Of a stretch of 64,000 bases of DNA, positions 21,029 through 31,366 are shown one piece after another; the stretch's first letter is position 1; the number at the start of each line of letters is the position of its first letter. The DNA lies in contig JAJUFI010000002.1 in assembly GCA_029263795.1 (NCBI GenBank), positions 454 through 64,453 on the forward strand, given 5' to 3'. The notes beneath the pieces are model-generated. The model saw only the letters and a list, made by a program, of their open reading frames with translations, ran no database searches and had not been told where the DNA came from. The stretch is from Alcaligenaceae bacterium. Its GTDB lineage: Bacteria; Pseudomonadota; Gammaproteobacteria; Burkholderiales; Burkholderiaceae_B. Position numbers and translations under genes: made by a program.

Positions 21029-22195
21029 TCAGAAACCGTAGCGGCGACGCAGACGTACACCGATGAGAGAACCGCAGAAGGCCAGCGCCACCCAGATCCA
21101 GCCGTGCAGGCTGCCGGTAGATATGCCGCTGACCATTGCGCCGACATTGCAGCCGAACGCAAGACGGGAACTGTAGCCCAGCAGGAAGCCGGCCAGCAGG
21201 CCGATCAACCATTGGCGCCCCGTCAGGCGGGTGGCGGAAGGCGCCTTGCGCGCAGAGATCCAGAGTGCCCCGGCAAGAATGCCCAGGTTGGTGATGGTGG
21301 TCACGTCCAGGAAGACAGTCTGGCTCAAAGCATTGAAATTGCCAGGCTGGCTCCAGAACGCATTGGTAGTGGGGTCGAACGCGCCGGCGGCGGTGGCGAT
21401 CTTGGCGCCCCACAAGCCGAAGCCATAGACCACGCCCCAGGGCTGGCCCGCCAGCACCAGGTTGAGAGCTGCCAGCAGCGCCAGACCTGCGCCTGCCACC
21501 AGCAGGCGACGGTCGACACAGGATGGAGTTTGCGCCCCGCCACGGCGGGCCCAGGCCAGCGCCAGGCCACCCGCGATCACGAGGCCGAGCAGCGTGATGC
21601 CAAAGGCGCCCAGCGGCCCGGCCTCGTTCACCAGGCCCACGGGTGCTGTGGCTCCGAGTGAAAGCCAGCGGTCCAGATGAGCTGAACCAAGGAAGCTGCC
21701 AAGCACGAACATGGGCAGAATTGCCATGTTCAGGGGAATGCCCATGCCGGCTTTGTACAGAGTTCCCGAACCGCAACCGTCCGCAATCTGCATGGCTGCA
21801 CCGAACACAAAGGCCCCCACCAGCAGACTGATGCTGGGCGGCCCCAGCGCGGCCATGAGGTCATTGGGGAAGGCGGCGAGCAATGGCATGGAAATGGCAG
21901 CCGCGACGGCCAGCAGACCAAGCTGGGCGATGACGCCCGACGCATCGCGCTGTTCAATCAGGCGGCGCCAGCCGGTGGTGAAGCCGAAGCGGGCGCCCGC
22001 CAGAATGCCGCCCATGCCGACGCCGACCAGGAATAACGCCGACTGGCGCAGGGATACGAACCATGCAAGGGCGATCAGTGCCGCCACGATGGCCAGGGTG
22101 AGCGGCAGGCGCGATGCTCCGCTGTGTGCCGTCTCCGCCGCGGAAGCGGCCGGTGGCAGGCTCATGCCGGATGGGTGACGATCAATTGAGGACAT
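21029..22195 (-). CDS. YeeE/YedE-family membrane protein (sulfur-compound/thiosulfate transport family)
   Basis: 388 aa polytopic; paired family Cys motifs ADGCGSGTLYK and AFGCNVGAM; start uncertain (ATG 22195 overlaps rhodanese gene by 14 nt; ATG 22165 alternative). Confidence 0.8.
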   Translation of the reverse strand: MSSIDRHPSGMSLPPAASAAETAHSGASRLPLTLAIVAALIALAWFVSLRQSALFLVGVGMGGILAGARFGFTTGWRRLIEQRDASGVIAQLGLLAVAAAISMPLLAAFPNDLMAALGPPSISLLVGAFVFGAAMQIADGCGSGTLYKAGMGIPLNMAILPMFVLGSFLGSAHLDRWLSLGATAPVGLVNEAGPLGAFGITLLGLVIAGGLALAWARRGGAQTPSCVDRRLLVAGAGLALLAALNLVLAGQPWGVVYGFGLWGAKIATAAGAFDPTTNAFWSQPGNFNALSQTVFLDVTTITNLGILAGALWISARKAPSATRLTGRQWLIGLLAGFLLGYSSRLAFGCNVGAMVSGISTGSLHGWIWVALAFCGSLIGVRLRRRYGF

Positions 22196-23120
22196 TCTTC
22201 AGTTTTTCCAGCAGTTGAGTGCCGCGACCCGGGGTGTTTTCCATGGGCAGTGCGTCGGCAGTATTGGTCCATTCCGCGAGGGATTCGGGGTACATGCGAA
22301 CATTCGGCAGGCCGGCAAGTTCAGAAAGCGCAAACCAGTCTGTGGCGGCCCAGTGTCCCGTGTTGCAGAAGGCAATGGTGTCGTCGACGAGCTCGGGGAA
22401 GCGTTCGGCGGCAATTTTCCTGGCTTCTTCCGGCGAAACCACTTCATTGGTGCCGGGCTTGAACCACACGCTGTGCTCGATGTTTGCGGCGCCCCGGATA
22501 GTTCCGGGAGTGGAGGCCGTGGGAGCCTTGGTCTTTCCTTCGAAGAAAGCCTTGGGGCGCGCATCGACCAGACGCGCTCTGGGGTTGTCTATCTGCTCCA
22601 GCACATCGTTGCGCGTGGCGAGAATGTTCTCGTTCAATGCCGGCTGATAATTCGAAACCGGGACTTCTACAGGGCTTTGTGATTGCGGCAGGCCACTTCC
22701 GACCCAGGACTGCATCCCGCCGTTGAGTACGGAGAGCTGCTTCAGACCCAGGTATTTGAGCGTCCAGTACACACGTGCTGCTGCGCCAAAATCAGTGGTG
22801 GTGTCCCCAGTGGAGACAACCACGGCATGCGTGTTTTCGCCCAGCCCAAGCTTCTGCACCAGCTTTGTCAGCTCGGTCAGAGGTGGCAGCTGCCCCGGGC
22901 TGTGTGCCGGGCCGCGCCAGGCGGCATAGGGGGCCGATACAGCGCCTGGGATATGGTTCTTGGCGTATTCGGCCGGTGGGCGGATGTCGATGACCCGCAC
23001 TTGCTCTGCGGTACGCAGCTGTTCCAGTTCCTGGGGTGCAAGAATGGGGGAGACACCTGCCAATGATGGGCCGGCCATGGCACCCATGACGAGGGCACTG
23101 GCAAGAATAAAGCGCTTCAT
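22182..23120 (-). CDS. secreted tandem-rhodanese sulfurtransferase
   Basis: 312 aa; signal peptide MKRFILASALVMGAMAGPSLAG; two rhodanese repeats; catalytic loop FCNTGHWAA in the C-terminal repeat. Confidence 0.8.
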   Translation of the reverse strand: MKRFILASALVMGAMAGPSLAGVSPILAPQELEQLRTAEQVRVIDIRPPAEYAKNHIPGAVSAPYAAWRGPAHSPGQLPPLTELTKLVQKLGLGENTHAVVVSTGDTTTDFGAAARVYWTLKYLGLKQLSVLNGGMQSWVGSGLPQSQSPVEVPVSNYQPALNENILATRNDVLEQIDNPRARLVDARPKAFFEGKTKAPTASTPGTIRGAANIEHSVWFKPGTNEVVSPEEARKIAAERFPELVDDTIAFCNTGHWAATDWFALSELAGLPNVRMYPESLAEWTNTADALPMENTPGRGTQLLEKLKNVLN

Positions 23121-23318
23121 GACTCTGTGAACCTGAGCGGCAGAAACACCGCTCTTATATGTGAAGCTTTAAATATTACGCGCTGTCAAATTTCTTTGAG
23201 TAATAAGAATATGTAGACAAAGGGGGGATTTTCCCGGGGGCAATCCGGCCGCGCTACGGTAACATCGCAAAAAAACGACTGCTTTCATCCTGCTTTTGTT
23301 CACCGTGTGGAGAACCTC

Positions 23319-24338
23319 ATGCTTAATTCCAAGACCATACTCGCAGGCTTGCTGACGCTGGCCGGCAGTCTTTCCGTTGCTCAGGCCGACACCTTGCAGG
23401 TTGTTCGCGACCGCGGCGTCGTCCACTGTGGCGTGACCACCGGGTTCACCGGGTTCTCCGCGCCTGACAGCAAGGGCGAATGGCGCGGGCTCGATGTCGA
23501 TGTCTGCCGCGCGGTGGCCGCTGCCGTTCTGGGTGATGCCAGCAAGTTCAAGGCCGTTTCGCTCAATGCACAGCAGCGGTTTACGGCGCTGCAGTCGGGC
23601 GAAATCGACCTGCTGGCGCGCAACACCACCGTGACGCAGACGCGAGATACTTCGCTGGGAGTGATTCACGCCGGCATCAACTTTTATGATGGCCAGGGCT
23701 TTCTGGTCTCCAAGGATCTTGGCGTGAAGAGCGCCAAAGAACTGAATGATGCCTCCATCTGCATGCAGCAGGGCACGACTAACGAGAACACACTGGCCGA
23801 CTGGGCGCGCGCCAACGGCGTGACCTACAAACCGGTGGTGTTTGACCAGTTCAACGAAGTGGTGAGCGCCTTTGCCGCGGGCCGTTGCGATGTGTTCTCC
23901 ACGGACGCCTCAGGGCTGGCCTCCATTCGCATCTCCCGTCTGGAGAAACCGGACAATTACGTTGTGCTTCCCGAAATCATCTCCAAGGAACCCCTGGGGC
24001 CCTTCGTCCGCCAGGGCGACGATTCCTGGCTGAACGTGGTGAAATGGTCGCTCCACGCCATGGTGGCCGCTGAAGAACTGGGTGTGACGTCTGCCAATGT
24101 GGACGAAATGCGCAACAGCGAGAACCCGGACATCCGCCGCCTGCTGGGTGTGACCGAAGGGGCCGGCAAGAATATGGGTCTGGATGACTCCTGGGCCTAC
24201 AACATCATCAAGCAGGTCGGCAACTATGGCGAAAGCTTCGAGCGCAACGTTGGCCAGGACAGCCCGCTGAAGATTCAGCGTGGCCTGAATGCCTTGTGGA
24301 CGGATGGCGGGCTGATGTACGCCCTGCCGATTCGCTGA
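23319..24338 (+). CDS. amino-acid ABC transporter substrate-binding protein (AapJ/BztA-like), no cognate permease/ATPase adjacent
   Basis: Start ATG 23319 after GGAGA; signal peptide; family-3 SBP motifs IDLLARNTTVTQTRD, GPFVRQGDDSW. Confidence 0.75.
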   Translation: MLNSKTILAGLLTLAGSLSVAQADTLQVVRDRGVVHCGVTTGFTGFSAPDSKGEWRGLDVDVCRAVAAAVLGDASKFKAVSLNAQQRFTALQSGEIDLLARNTTVTQTRDTSLGVIHAGINFYDGQGFLVSKDLGVKSAKELNDASICMQQGTTNENTLADWARANGVTYKPVVFDQFNEVVSAFAAGRCDVFSTDASGLASIRISRLEKPDNYVVLPEIISKEPLGPFVRQGDDSWLNVVKWSLHAMVAAEELGVTSANVDEMRNSENPDIRRLLGVTEGAGKNMGLDDSWAYNIIKQVGNYGESFERNVGQDSPLKIQRGLNALWTDGGLMYALPIR

Positions 24339-24358
24339 GCCGGGCCGCCCGCAGGCGG

Positions 24359-24820
24359 TCAGCGTCGCTTGTAAACGAGCGCTATGCGCGCGAAGGCGAT
24401 TTCCAATTCGCGGCTGCCTGCCTGAAAGGTCAGGGGGCGGCCGCGCGATGTGAAGCAGATGAGGCGCTTGGAGGCAATGAGCGGCACGAACTTCACGAAG
24501 GAGATGTCGTCCCAGGCGATTTCCTTGCGGCCCAGCCACGACTGCTCGATGCCCTGCACGGTAATGCGGGTGACCGAAGTGTGCATGGCCCGCGCCAGCA
24601 CGGCCAGGCCGGCTACGCAGGCCAACACGCTGAGCTTTATGGTGATGCTTACCGATTCTCCTGCGGGGCCGGCCGCCGTCTGAACCAGCCTGAATACCAC
24701 TAGTGCCAGAATCAGCCAGGCCAGCCATTTCACCCGCGAGGGCCAGGCCGGCCCTTCCAGTGGAAGCGGGCCGATTTCCTCAAGCAGTTGCCGGTGTTCC
24801 TCCAGTGTGGGCCTTTGCAT
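24359..24820 (-). CDS. hypothetical membrane protein (two TM helices plus small C-terminal beta-rich domain, possibly bacterial PH-like)
   Basis: Start ATG 24820 (MQRPTLEEH...) avoids overlap with upstream HMG-CoA lyase gene; TM segments WLAWLILALVVFRLV and LSVLACVAGLAVLA. Confidence 0.55.
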   Translation of the reverse strand: MQRPTLEEHRQLLEEIGPLPLEGPAWPSRVKWLAWLILALVVFRLVQTAAGPAGESVSITIKLSVLACVAGLAVLARAMHTSVTRITVQGIEQSWLGRKEIAWDDISFVKFVPLIASKRLICFTSRGRPLTFQAGSRELEIAFARIALVYKRR

Positions 24821-24840
24821 GCTGTGACTGGTCTGTGGAG

Positions 24841-25749
24841 TCAGGCCGCTTTGCGGGCGGCAATGGCGTTGCCGGCGCGGCTTGAAGCCTTGCGCCCCAG
24901 GTGGCCGGATATCCACTGGCCGATGTCGATCACGGCGTCCAGATCAATGCCGGTTTCAATGCCCATGCCATGCAGCATGTACAGAACGTCTTCCGTGGCG
25001 ACATTGCCCGTGGCACCCTTGGCGTACGGGCAGCCGCCCAGGCCGGCCACGGACGTGTGGAATATGGAGATGCCCGCCTGCATGGAAGCCAGTATGTTGG
25101 CCAGCGACTGCCCATAAGTGTCATGGAAGTGCCCCGCGATGCGCGCCGGATCCACAACTTCCGTGACGGCTTTCATAACACGTTCCACCCGCAGGGGAGT
25201 GCCGACACCAATCGTGTCGGCGACATCGATTTCATCGCACCCCAGTTCCAGAAAGCGGCGGGCGACCTCAACGACGGCATTCGGTTGCACTTCACCCTGG
25301 TACGGGCAACCCAGAGCGCAGCTGATGCTGCCACGCAGGCGAAGCCCCGCTGCCTTGACAGCCTCAGCCACGGGCTCGAAACGCGCAATCGACTCAGCAA
25401 TGCTGCAGTTGATGTTGGCCTGAGAAAAGGCCTCGCTGGCGGCGCCGAAGATGACAACTTCATCAGCGCCGGCGGCCAGCGCTCCGTCAAAGCCGCGCAT
25501 GTTGGGAGCCAGGACTGAATAAATCGTGCCGGGCTGTCGCTTGATGGCAGCCATGACCTCGGCAGCATCAGCCATTTGCGGGACCCACTTGGGGGAGACG
25601 AAGGAGGTGGCTTCGACATTGGGGAACCCCGCCTCAGAAAGGCGGTTGATGAGTTCCACCTTGGTCGCGGTGTCAATGAACTGCTTCTCGTTCTGCAGCC
25701 CGTCGCGAGGCGACACCTCCACAATTTTGACTTTGCTTGGTAAGGCCAT
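24841..25749 (-). CDS. hydroxymethylglutaryl-CoA lyase
   Basis: 302 aa; HMGL-like TIM barrel motifs VSPRDGLQNE, GHFHDTYG, GLGGCPYAKGATGNV. Confidence 0.85.
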   Translation of the reverse strand: MALPSKVKIVEVSPRDGLQNEKQFIDTATKVELINRLSEAGFPNVEATSFVSPKWVPQMADAAEVMAAIKRQPGTIYSVLAPNMRGFDGALAAGADEVVIFGAASEAFSQANINCSIAESIARFEPVAEAVKAAGLRLRGSISCALGCPYQGEVQPNAVVEVARRFLELGCDEIDVADTIGVGTPLRVERVMKAVTEVVDPARIAGHFHDTYGQSLANILASMQAGISIFHTSVAGLGGCPYAKGATGNVATEDVLYMLHGMGIETGIDLDAVIDIGQWISGHLGRKASSRAGNAIAARKAA

Positions 25750-25825
25750 GATTTCTCCTGTCTCCTGTACAGATCAACCCGCCATCATAGCGTGACAGCA
25801 CTGTGCGCGAGCATGATGAGGTATT

Positions 25826-27076
25826 TCAAAGCAATTCGGCCTGACGCCTCTGGAAACGCCCGTCTTCCAGTCGGTGGACGATGTCGTTCAGCTCCAACTC
25901 GGTCAGAATTGCAGCCACCTTTGGAAATGCCAGGCCGCTGCGCTGACACAGTTGGTCGATGTCCGAAGGGTCGTAGCCCAGAGCCTGGAGAACCCGCCCA
26001 ACGGTAGGGTCCTTCAACAGGCGATTCGCCGGGCGCGAAGGTGCCGCAGCGGCGTGGGCCGGCGCGCCCTCACCCGGAGCTGGCGTGTACCGCCCGTAGT
26101 GTGTGCCGAGGTTTCGCCCACGCAGTTCAGGCACCGCAACAGGCCGAGACGCAATGGATGACCGTTGCGGCGGCGGCCCGGAACGCAGCAGTTCTTCCTC
26201 AATGTCGCTGCCCTGTTCCACCAGCTTGGCGCCCTGGCGGATGAGGGCATGGCATCCGCGCGACAACGGTGCGTGAATGGAGCCGGGAATGGCAAATACC
26301 TCACGACCGCATTCCAGTGCCAGCCGGGCGGTCACCAACGAACCGCTCTGTATGGCTGCCTCCACCACCAGCACTCCCCGGGCCAGGGCAGCGACAATGC
26401 GATTTCGTTCCGGAAAGCGGAAAGGCTGGGCCGGTGTGCCCGGCGCATATTCACTGATTACCGCGCCGGTACTGGCAATTTGATCCATCAACTCAGCGTG
26501 CTGGCGCGGGTACGCGATATCCAGGCCACAGGCCAGCACGGCCACGGTGGCACCGGGCACACCTGATTGGAGCGCGCCCTCGTGAGCTGCCGCGTCTATG
26601 CCACGTGCCAGGCCGCTGACTACCGTCCAGCCGCGCTCCGCCAGGTGCCGTGCAAAGGCCCTTGCATTGTCCTTGCCGCCCTCCGTGGCGCTGCGCGCAC
26701 CGACAATGGCAACCGAAGGCTTATGCAGGCATGCGGGGTCACCACGCACGTACAACAGCAGGGGAGGGTCACTGCCGTCGAGCAGCTGGCGGGGATAGGC
26801 GGAGTCGGCCAGAGTGACCAGGTGGTGGCCGGGCTGCGCCAGCATCTCCATGGCAACGTCTATGGTCTGCTGTACCTCGGAGGGCGGCGGGGCCAGAAGG
26901 CAGTTAGCCAAGTCGCGCGGCATGTGCCGGGCCAGCAACGCAGCGGACGTGGCAAAGATGTGTTGTGGCAGGCCGAATTCCGCCAGCAGGCTGCGGGCGG
27001 TGACTCGGTTCAGGCCGGGCTGCAGGCTCAGCCGCAACCATGCGAGCAGTTCGTTTCGGGATGGGGTTTGCATCAT
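25826..27076 (-). CDS. dprA: DNA-processing protein DprA/Smf
   Basis: 416 aa; Rossmann-fold motifs VVSGLARGIDAAAHEGAL, GSLVTARLALECGREVFAIPG; C-terminal winged-helix tail; divergent from def-fmt as usual. Confidence 0.85.
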   Translation of the reverse strand: MMQTPSRNELLAWLRLSLQPGLNRVTARSLLAEFGLPQHIFATSAALLARHMPRDLANCLLAPPPSEVQQTIDVAMEMLAQPGHHLVTLADSAYPRQLLDGSDPPLLLYVRGDPACLHKPSVAIVGARSATEGGKDNARAFARHLAERGWTVVSGLARGIDAAAHEGALQSGVPGATVAVLACGLDIAYPRQHAELMDQIASTGAVISEYAPGTPAQPFRFPERNRIVAALARGVLVVEAAIQSGSLVTARLALECGREVFAIPGSIHAPLSRGCHALIRQGAKLVEQGSDIEEELLRSGPPPQRSSIASRPVAVPELRGRNLGTHYGRYTPAPGEGAPAHAAAAPSRPANRLLKDPTVGRVLQALGYDPSDIDQLCQRSGLAFPKVAAILTELELNDIVHRLEDGRFQRRQAELL

Positions 27077-27191
27077 GCGCGTAGTGTGCCACGGCCGGGG
27101 CTGTTTCTGCTGCCGGATCGGGCGGCGTTATCCACCCCCAGAAGAAATAAGGGTTTTATAATAGGAACTTAACTGATTCATGGAAGCTTCA

Positions 27192-27704
27192 ATGGCTTTA
27201 CTACCCATTCTTCGATACCCGGACCCGCGCCTGTTCAAAGTGGCGGAGCCTGTCCGCGAGGTCGATGACCGCATCCGTCAACTGGTACGCGATATGGCTG
27301 AAACCATGTACGCCGCGCCGGGGGTCGGGCTGGCTGCGACACAGGTTGATGTTCACGAACGCGTCATCGTCATCGATGTATCCGAAGAAGGCGACGATCT
27401 GCGTGTACTCATCAATCCGGAAATCATCTGGAAAAGTGACGAACTTCAGGTATACGAGGAAGGCTGCCTGTCCGTTCCCGGCATCTATGACAAGGTCGAG
27501 AGGGCAGCGCAGATCCGCGTCCGCGCCCTCAATGAAAAAGGCGAAACCTACGAGTTCGACGCCGACGGCTTGCTGGCCGTTTGTGTCCAGCATGAAATGG
27601 ATCACCTCATGGGCAAGGTGTTTGTCGAATACCTTTCGCCGCTCAAACAGAACCGTATTCGCACCAAACTGCGCAAGCAGGAACGCGAAGCCGTGCGCGC
27701 GTAA
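27192..27704 (+). CDS. def: peptide deformylase
   Basis: Motifs [23 protein letters not shown]; start ATG 27192 ([11 protein letters not shown]) preferred over ATG 27180. Confidence 0.9.
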   Translation: MALLPILRYPDPRLFKVAEPVREVDDRIRQLVRDMAETMYAAPGVGLAATQVDVHERVIVIDVSEEGDDLRVLINPEIIWKSDELQVYEEGCLSVPGIYDKVERAAQIRVRALNEKGETYEFDADGLLAVCVQHEMDHLMGKVFVEYLSPLKQNRIRTKLRKQEREAVRA

Positions 27705-27707
27705 ACC

Positions 27708-28655
27708 ATGCGCATTGTTTTCGCCGGTACACCCGAGTTCGCCCGCACGGCACTGGAGGCTCTGCTCGCCGCAGGCCACGAAGTTCCTCTGGTGCTCACT
27801 CAGCCTGACCGTCCATCCGGGCGCGGCATGAAGCTGCGGCCAAGCCCGGTCAAGGCATTGGCGCTGGAGCACAACATCCCCGTGGCGCAACCGCGCAGCC
27901 TGCGGCTTGACGGCAAATATCCGGAAGACGCCGAGGCCGCGCGTCAGGCCCTGCTCGATGCCGCACCTGATCTCATGGTGGTGGCGGCCTATGGGCTCAT
28001 TCTGCCGCAATGGGTGCTGGGTCTCCCGGCTCACGGTTGCTTCAACATCCACGCCAGTCTGCTGCCACGCTGGCGGGGTGCTGCCCCCATCCAGCGGGCG
28101 ATCGAGGCGGGCGACGCGCAGACGGGCATCACCATCATGCAGATGGACGCCGGCCTGGATACTGGCGACATGTTGTTGGTCAAGACCCTGCCAATTACGC
28201 CGGAGCACAATGCTGCGCGGCTGCACGACGAGCTTGCAGTGCTCGGGGGGCAGGCCATTCTGGAAGCCGTGCGGGAGCTCGAACAGGGCAGTCTGCAAGC
28301 TACTCCGCAACCTTCCGAAGGTGTGACCTACGCGGCCAAGCTGGACAAATCCGAAGCGCCGCTTGATTTTTCGCGTCCTGCGGCCGAACTGGCTCGCCGT
28401 GTGCGGGCCTTCGACCCTGTACCCGGTGCGACGGTTCTCCTTCCCGGACTGGATCAGCCGGTCAAGGTCTGGGAGGCCTCCGCCCTGCCCGGCCCCATGA
28501 ATGCCGCGCCGGGCACCTTGCTGGCAGCAACGGCCCAGGGGTTGGACTTCGCCACGGGCGACGGCATTTTGCGCGTACTCACGGTGCAGAAGGCGGGCGG
28601 CAAGCGCCAGCCGGTCAGCGCTTTTGTCCAGGGTTGGGCTCCCGAATCCAGGTAG
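27708..28655 (+). CDS. fmt: methionyl-tRNA formyltransferase
   Basis: 315 aa; [12 protein letters not shown]..., [18 protein letters not shown]; immediately after def. Confidence 0.9.
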   Translation: MRIVFAGTPEFARTALEALLAAGHEVPLVLTQPDRPSGRGMKLRPSPVKALALEHNIPVAQPRSLRLDGKYPEDAEAARQALLDAAPDLMVVAAYGLILPQWVLGLPAHGCFNIHASLLPRWRGAAPIQRAIEAGDAQTGITIMQMDAGLDTGDMLLVKTLPITPEHNAARLHDELAVLGGQAILEAVRELEQGSLQATPQPSEGVTYAAKLDKSEAPLDFSRPAAELARRVRAFDPVPGATVLLPGLDQPVKVWEASALPGPMNAAPGTLLAATAQGLDFATGDGILRVLTVQKAGGKRQPVSAFVQGWAPESR

Positions 28656-28737
28656 TTTCAAGGCCTTGCGGTGTGCTACGATCATTCGCCGCAGCAATGC
28701 GAAACGAAAACCATAATTTCAGGACAGCCGAAGCGTT

Positions 28738-29286
28738 ATGACCCGTTATCGTCTGGGAGACAAATCCCCCGTTATCCATGACAGTGCGTATGTGGCCGCC
28801 GAGGCCACAGTGATTGGTGCTGTACACCTCGCTGCCAACACCAGTGTCTGGGCAGGCGCCGTATTGCGTGGCGATAACGAACCAATCGTCGTGGGCGAAA
28901 ACAGCAATATCCAGGAAGGCTCGGTATTGCACACGGACCCGGGGTGCCCCCTCACACTGGGCAAGGGTGTGACGGTCGGCCATCAGGCCATGCTGCACGG
29001 GTGTACCGTGGGCGACAATTCTCTCATCGGGATTCAGGCAGTGGTTCTGAACAATGCCGTCATTGGCAAGGAATCCCTGGTTGGAGCCGGTGCAGTGGTC
29101 ACCGAAGGCAAGGTCTTCCCCGAACGCTCGCTGATTCTGGGCGCCCCCGCCAAGGTGGTGCGCACACTGACAGACGAAGACGTCGCCAACTTGCGGCGCA
29201 ATGCTCAAAGCTACGTGGACAGGCGCGCCCTGTTCAAGACGGAGCTTGTTGCCCTGCCGGAGCCGGATCAGCCCCAGAATGGCTGA
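28738..29286 (+). CDS. gamma-carbonic-anhydrase-like hexapeptide-repeat protein (YrdA/PaaY family)
   Basis: 182 aa; left-handed beta-helix repeats, motifs VLRGD, GENSNIQEGSVLH, VTVGHQAMLHGC. Confidence 0.8.
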   Translation: MTRYRLGDKSPVIHDSAYVAAEATVIGAVHLAANTSVWAGAVLRGDNEPIVVGENSNIQEGSVLHTDPGCPLTLGKGVTVGHQAMLHGCTVGDNSLIGIQAVVLNNAVIGKESLVGAGAVVTEGKVFPERSLILGAPAKVVRTLTDEDVANLRRNAQSYVDRRALFKTELVALPEPDQPQNG

Positions 29287-30217
29287 CACCTTGCAGGCGC
29301 GCAGGGTACGTCCCCAGCCCGTTACGCCCGGCATCAGGCCCATTGCCGGCATCATCACCCTGATCGGTTCCACCTGGGCCCTGTCCGGGCTCGATGCCGC
29401 CGGCAAATGGGTCATGGCGGCTGGTGTTTCGTTATGGGTGCTGTGCTGGGTGCGCTACGGCGTCCACCTCTTGCTGGTCCTGGGGCTGGTGCTTCCATCA
29501 CGCGGCACTGCCGTCCTGCGCAGTGTGCGTCCCGGTGCGCAGCTGATGCGCGGCGGGGTGATGCTGCTCGCCACCCTCTGCTTTTTCAAGACACTCAGCT
29601 ATCTGCCTCAGGCCGAGGCGACGGCAATCAATTTTCTGGCACCACTCATCGTGCTGTCCCTGGCTCCCTGGCTGCTCAAGGAGCCCGCGCGCATCTCACG
29701 CTGGGTGGCGGCGGGGGTAGGTTTCCTGGGGGTGCTGATCATCATTCGTCCAGGCGCAGGGCTGGACCCAACTGGTGTACTGTGGGGCCTGCTCACCGCC
29801 GGCATGTTTGCAGGCCAGTTCATGGCCACGCGCAGGGTTGCCGTCGATGATCCCTTCACCACGCTTGTCTGGAGTGGGGCGGTCGGCACTGTGGTGCTGA
29901 GCTTCACCATGCCCTTTCTGCTGCCGCAAGCCCTGCCTTTCCTGCGTGAACTTCAGCCCCTGCACTGGCTTGTGTTGTTCTCCACCGGTCTGCTCGGTGC
30001 GCTTGGCCATTTGCTTCAGATTCAGGCTTATCGCTTCGCCCCTGCGTCTTTGCTGGCACCCTTCATTTACATCCAGATCGTGGCGGCCGCCTCGCTCGGG
30101 TGGCTGATCTGGGGGCAGTTTCCGGATGCACTCAGCTGGGTGGGCATCGCCGTGATCTGCGGCAGTGGAGCCAGCCTGGCTGCCTGGGAATGGAAACGGA
30201 AGGCCACTGCCCGTTGA
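29279..30217 (+). CDS. DMT-superfamily (EamA-type) transporter
   Basis: Start ATG 29279 overlapping previous stop (ATGGCTGA); about 10 predicted TM helices in two EamA-like halves. Confidence 0.7.
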   Translation: MADTLQARRVRPQPVTPGIRPIAGIITLIGSTWALSGLDAAGKWVMAAGVSLWVLCWVRYGVHLLLVLGLVLPSRGTAVLRSVRPGAQLMRGGVMLLATLCFFKTLSYLPQAEATAINFLAPLIVLSLAPWLLKEPARISRWVAAGVGFLGVLIIIRPGAGLDPTGVLWGLLTAGMFAGQFMATRRVAVDDPFTTLVWSGAVGTVVLSFTMPFLLPQALPFLRELQPLHWLVLFSTGLLGALGHLLQIQAYRFAPASLLAPFIYIQIVAAASLGWLIWGQFPDALSWVGIAVICGSGASLAAWEWKRKATAR

Positions 30218-30340
30218 GCTCTACCAACAGCCAGGCCGTGCCAACCGAATGGCGGGGCCAGGCTGGGGAGTGAAAAAGAGAGTGGGGGCAGGGCCGAATT
30301 CAGGCGGGTGCGGTACCCCCTTTCTCTTTATAATTCCGCC

Positions 30341-31366
30341 ATGACGAAGAAAATCCTGATCGTCCGCACCTCGTCCCTCGGCGACCTGGTGCACATGCTG
30401 CCCGCCATCAGCGACATTGCTGCCCACGTGCCCGGCGCCTGCATTGACTGGGTTGTCGAAGAAAACTTCGCAGAAGTCCCTTCCTGGCATCCTGCCGTCA
30501 ACGAGGTCATTCCGGTGGCCCACCGTCGCTGGCGCAAGAGCTGGTGGGCGCCGCAGACGCGTGAAGAAAGGGCGCGCCTGAAGCACGAGCTTGGCTCCCG
30601 CCAGTACGATATCGTGCTGGACATGCAGGCATTGATGAAGTCAGTGTGGCTGGTACGCCAGACGCACGGTGAACGCCATGGCCTGGATCGCCGCTCCGCG
30701 CGTGAACCACTGGCGTCCTTCTTCTACGATATGCGGCACAGGGTGGAGTTCTGGCAGCCTGCGGTGGTCAGGCAGCGCAAACTGGCTGCATCCGTCTTCG
30801 GCTATGAATACGAAGGTGAGCCTGATTTCGGCCTGAGCCGCTTCACGGAAAACGCCGAGGTCCAGCAATATGCCGTGATCATGCCGTCAGCCAGTCGCGA
30901 CGACAAACTCTGGCCTTCCGGGCACTGGCAGCGGGTGTTCGATCACCTTGCAGGCCATGGCCTCGCCTTGCGTCTGCTGGCCGGCAATGAGCGCGAATCC
31001 GCGCGGGCGAGGGAACTAGTGGCCGGGCGTGAGAACGCCGAAGTCCTGCCGCGCATGTCCCTTACGGAAGTAGCCCATGTGCTCGCCTCGGCGCGTCTCA
31101 TGGTGGGTCTGGACAGTGGGCTCACGCATCTGTCCGCCGGGCTCGGGCGGCCCACGATAGGTATATACAAAGCATCTACACCCGTACGTACCCCGCTTCA
31201 AGGCTCTTCATATACTGCAAGTCTGGGCGAACGGGGGGCGGAACCTTCAGCCGAGACTGTGCTCAGCGCGGTCGAGCAGGCGCTGGCGCATGATTCCGAA
31301 AGAACCCGTACGCTCAAAGGCCTGGATGGGCCTGAAGACGCTGCGGGGCAACAAGGTCTGACTTGA
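30341..31366 (+). CDS. waaC: lipopolysaccharide heptosyltransferase I (GT9)
   Basis: Start MTKKILIVRTSSLGDLVHMLPA; GLDSGLTHLSAGLGRP; followed by waaA with TTGA overlap. Confidence 0.8.
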   Translation: MTKKILIVRTSSLGDLVHMLPAISDIAAHVPGACIDWVVEENFAEVPSWHPAVNEVIPVAHRRWRKSWWAPQTREERARLKHELGSRQYDIVLDMQALMKSVWLVRQTHGERHGLDRRSAREPLASFFYDMRHRVEFWQPAVVRQRKLAASVFGYEYEGEPDFGLSRFTENAEVQQYAVIMPSASRDDKLWPSGHWQRVFDHLAGHGLALRLLAGNERESARARELVAGRENAEVLPRMSLTEVAHVLASARLMVGLDSGLTHLSAGLGRPTIGIYKASTPVRTPLQGSSYTASLGERGAEPSAETVLSAVEQALAHDSERTRTLKGLDGPEDAAGQQGLT

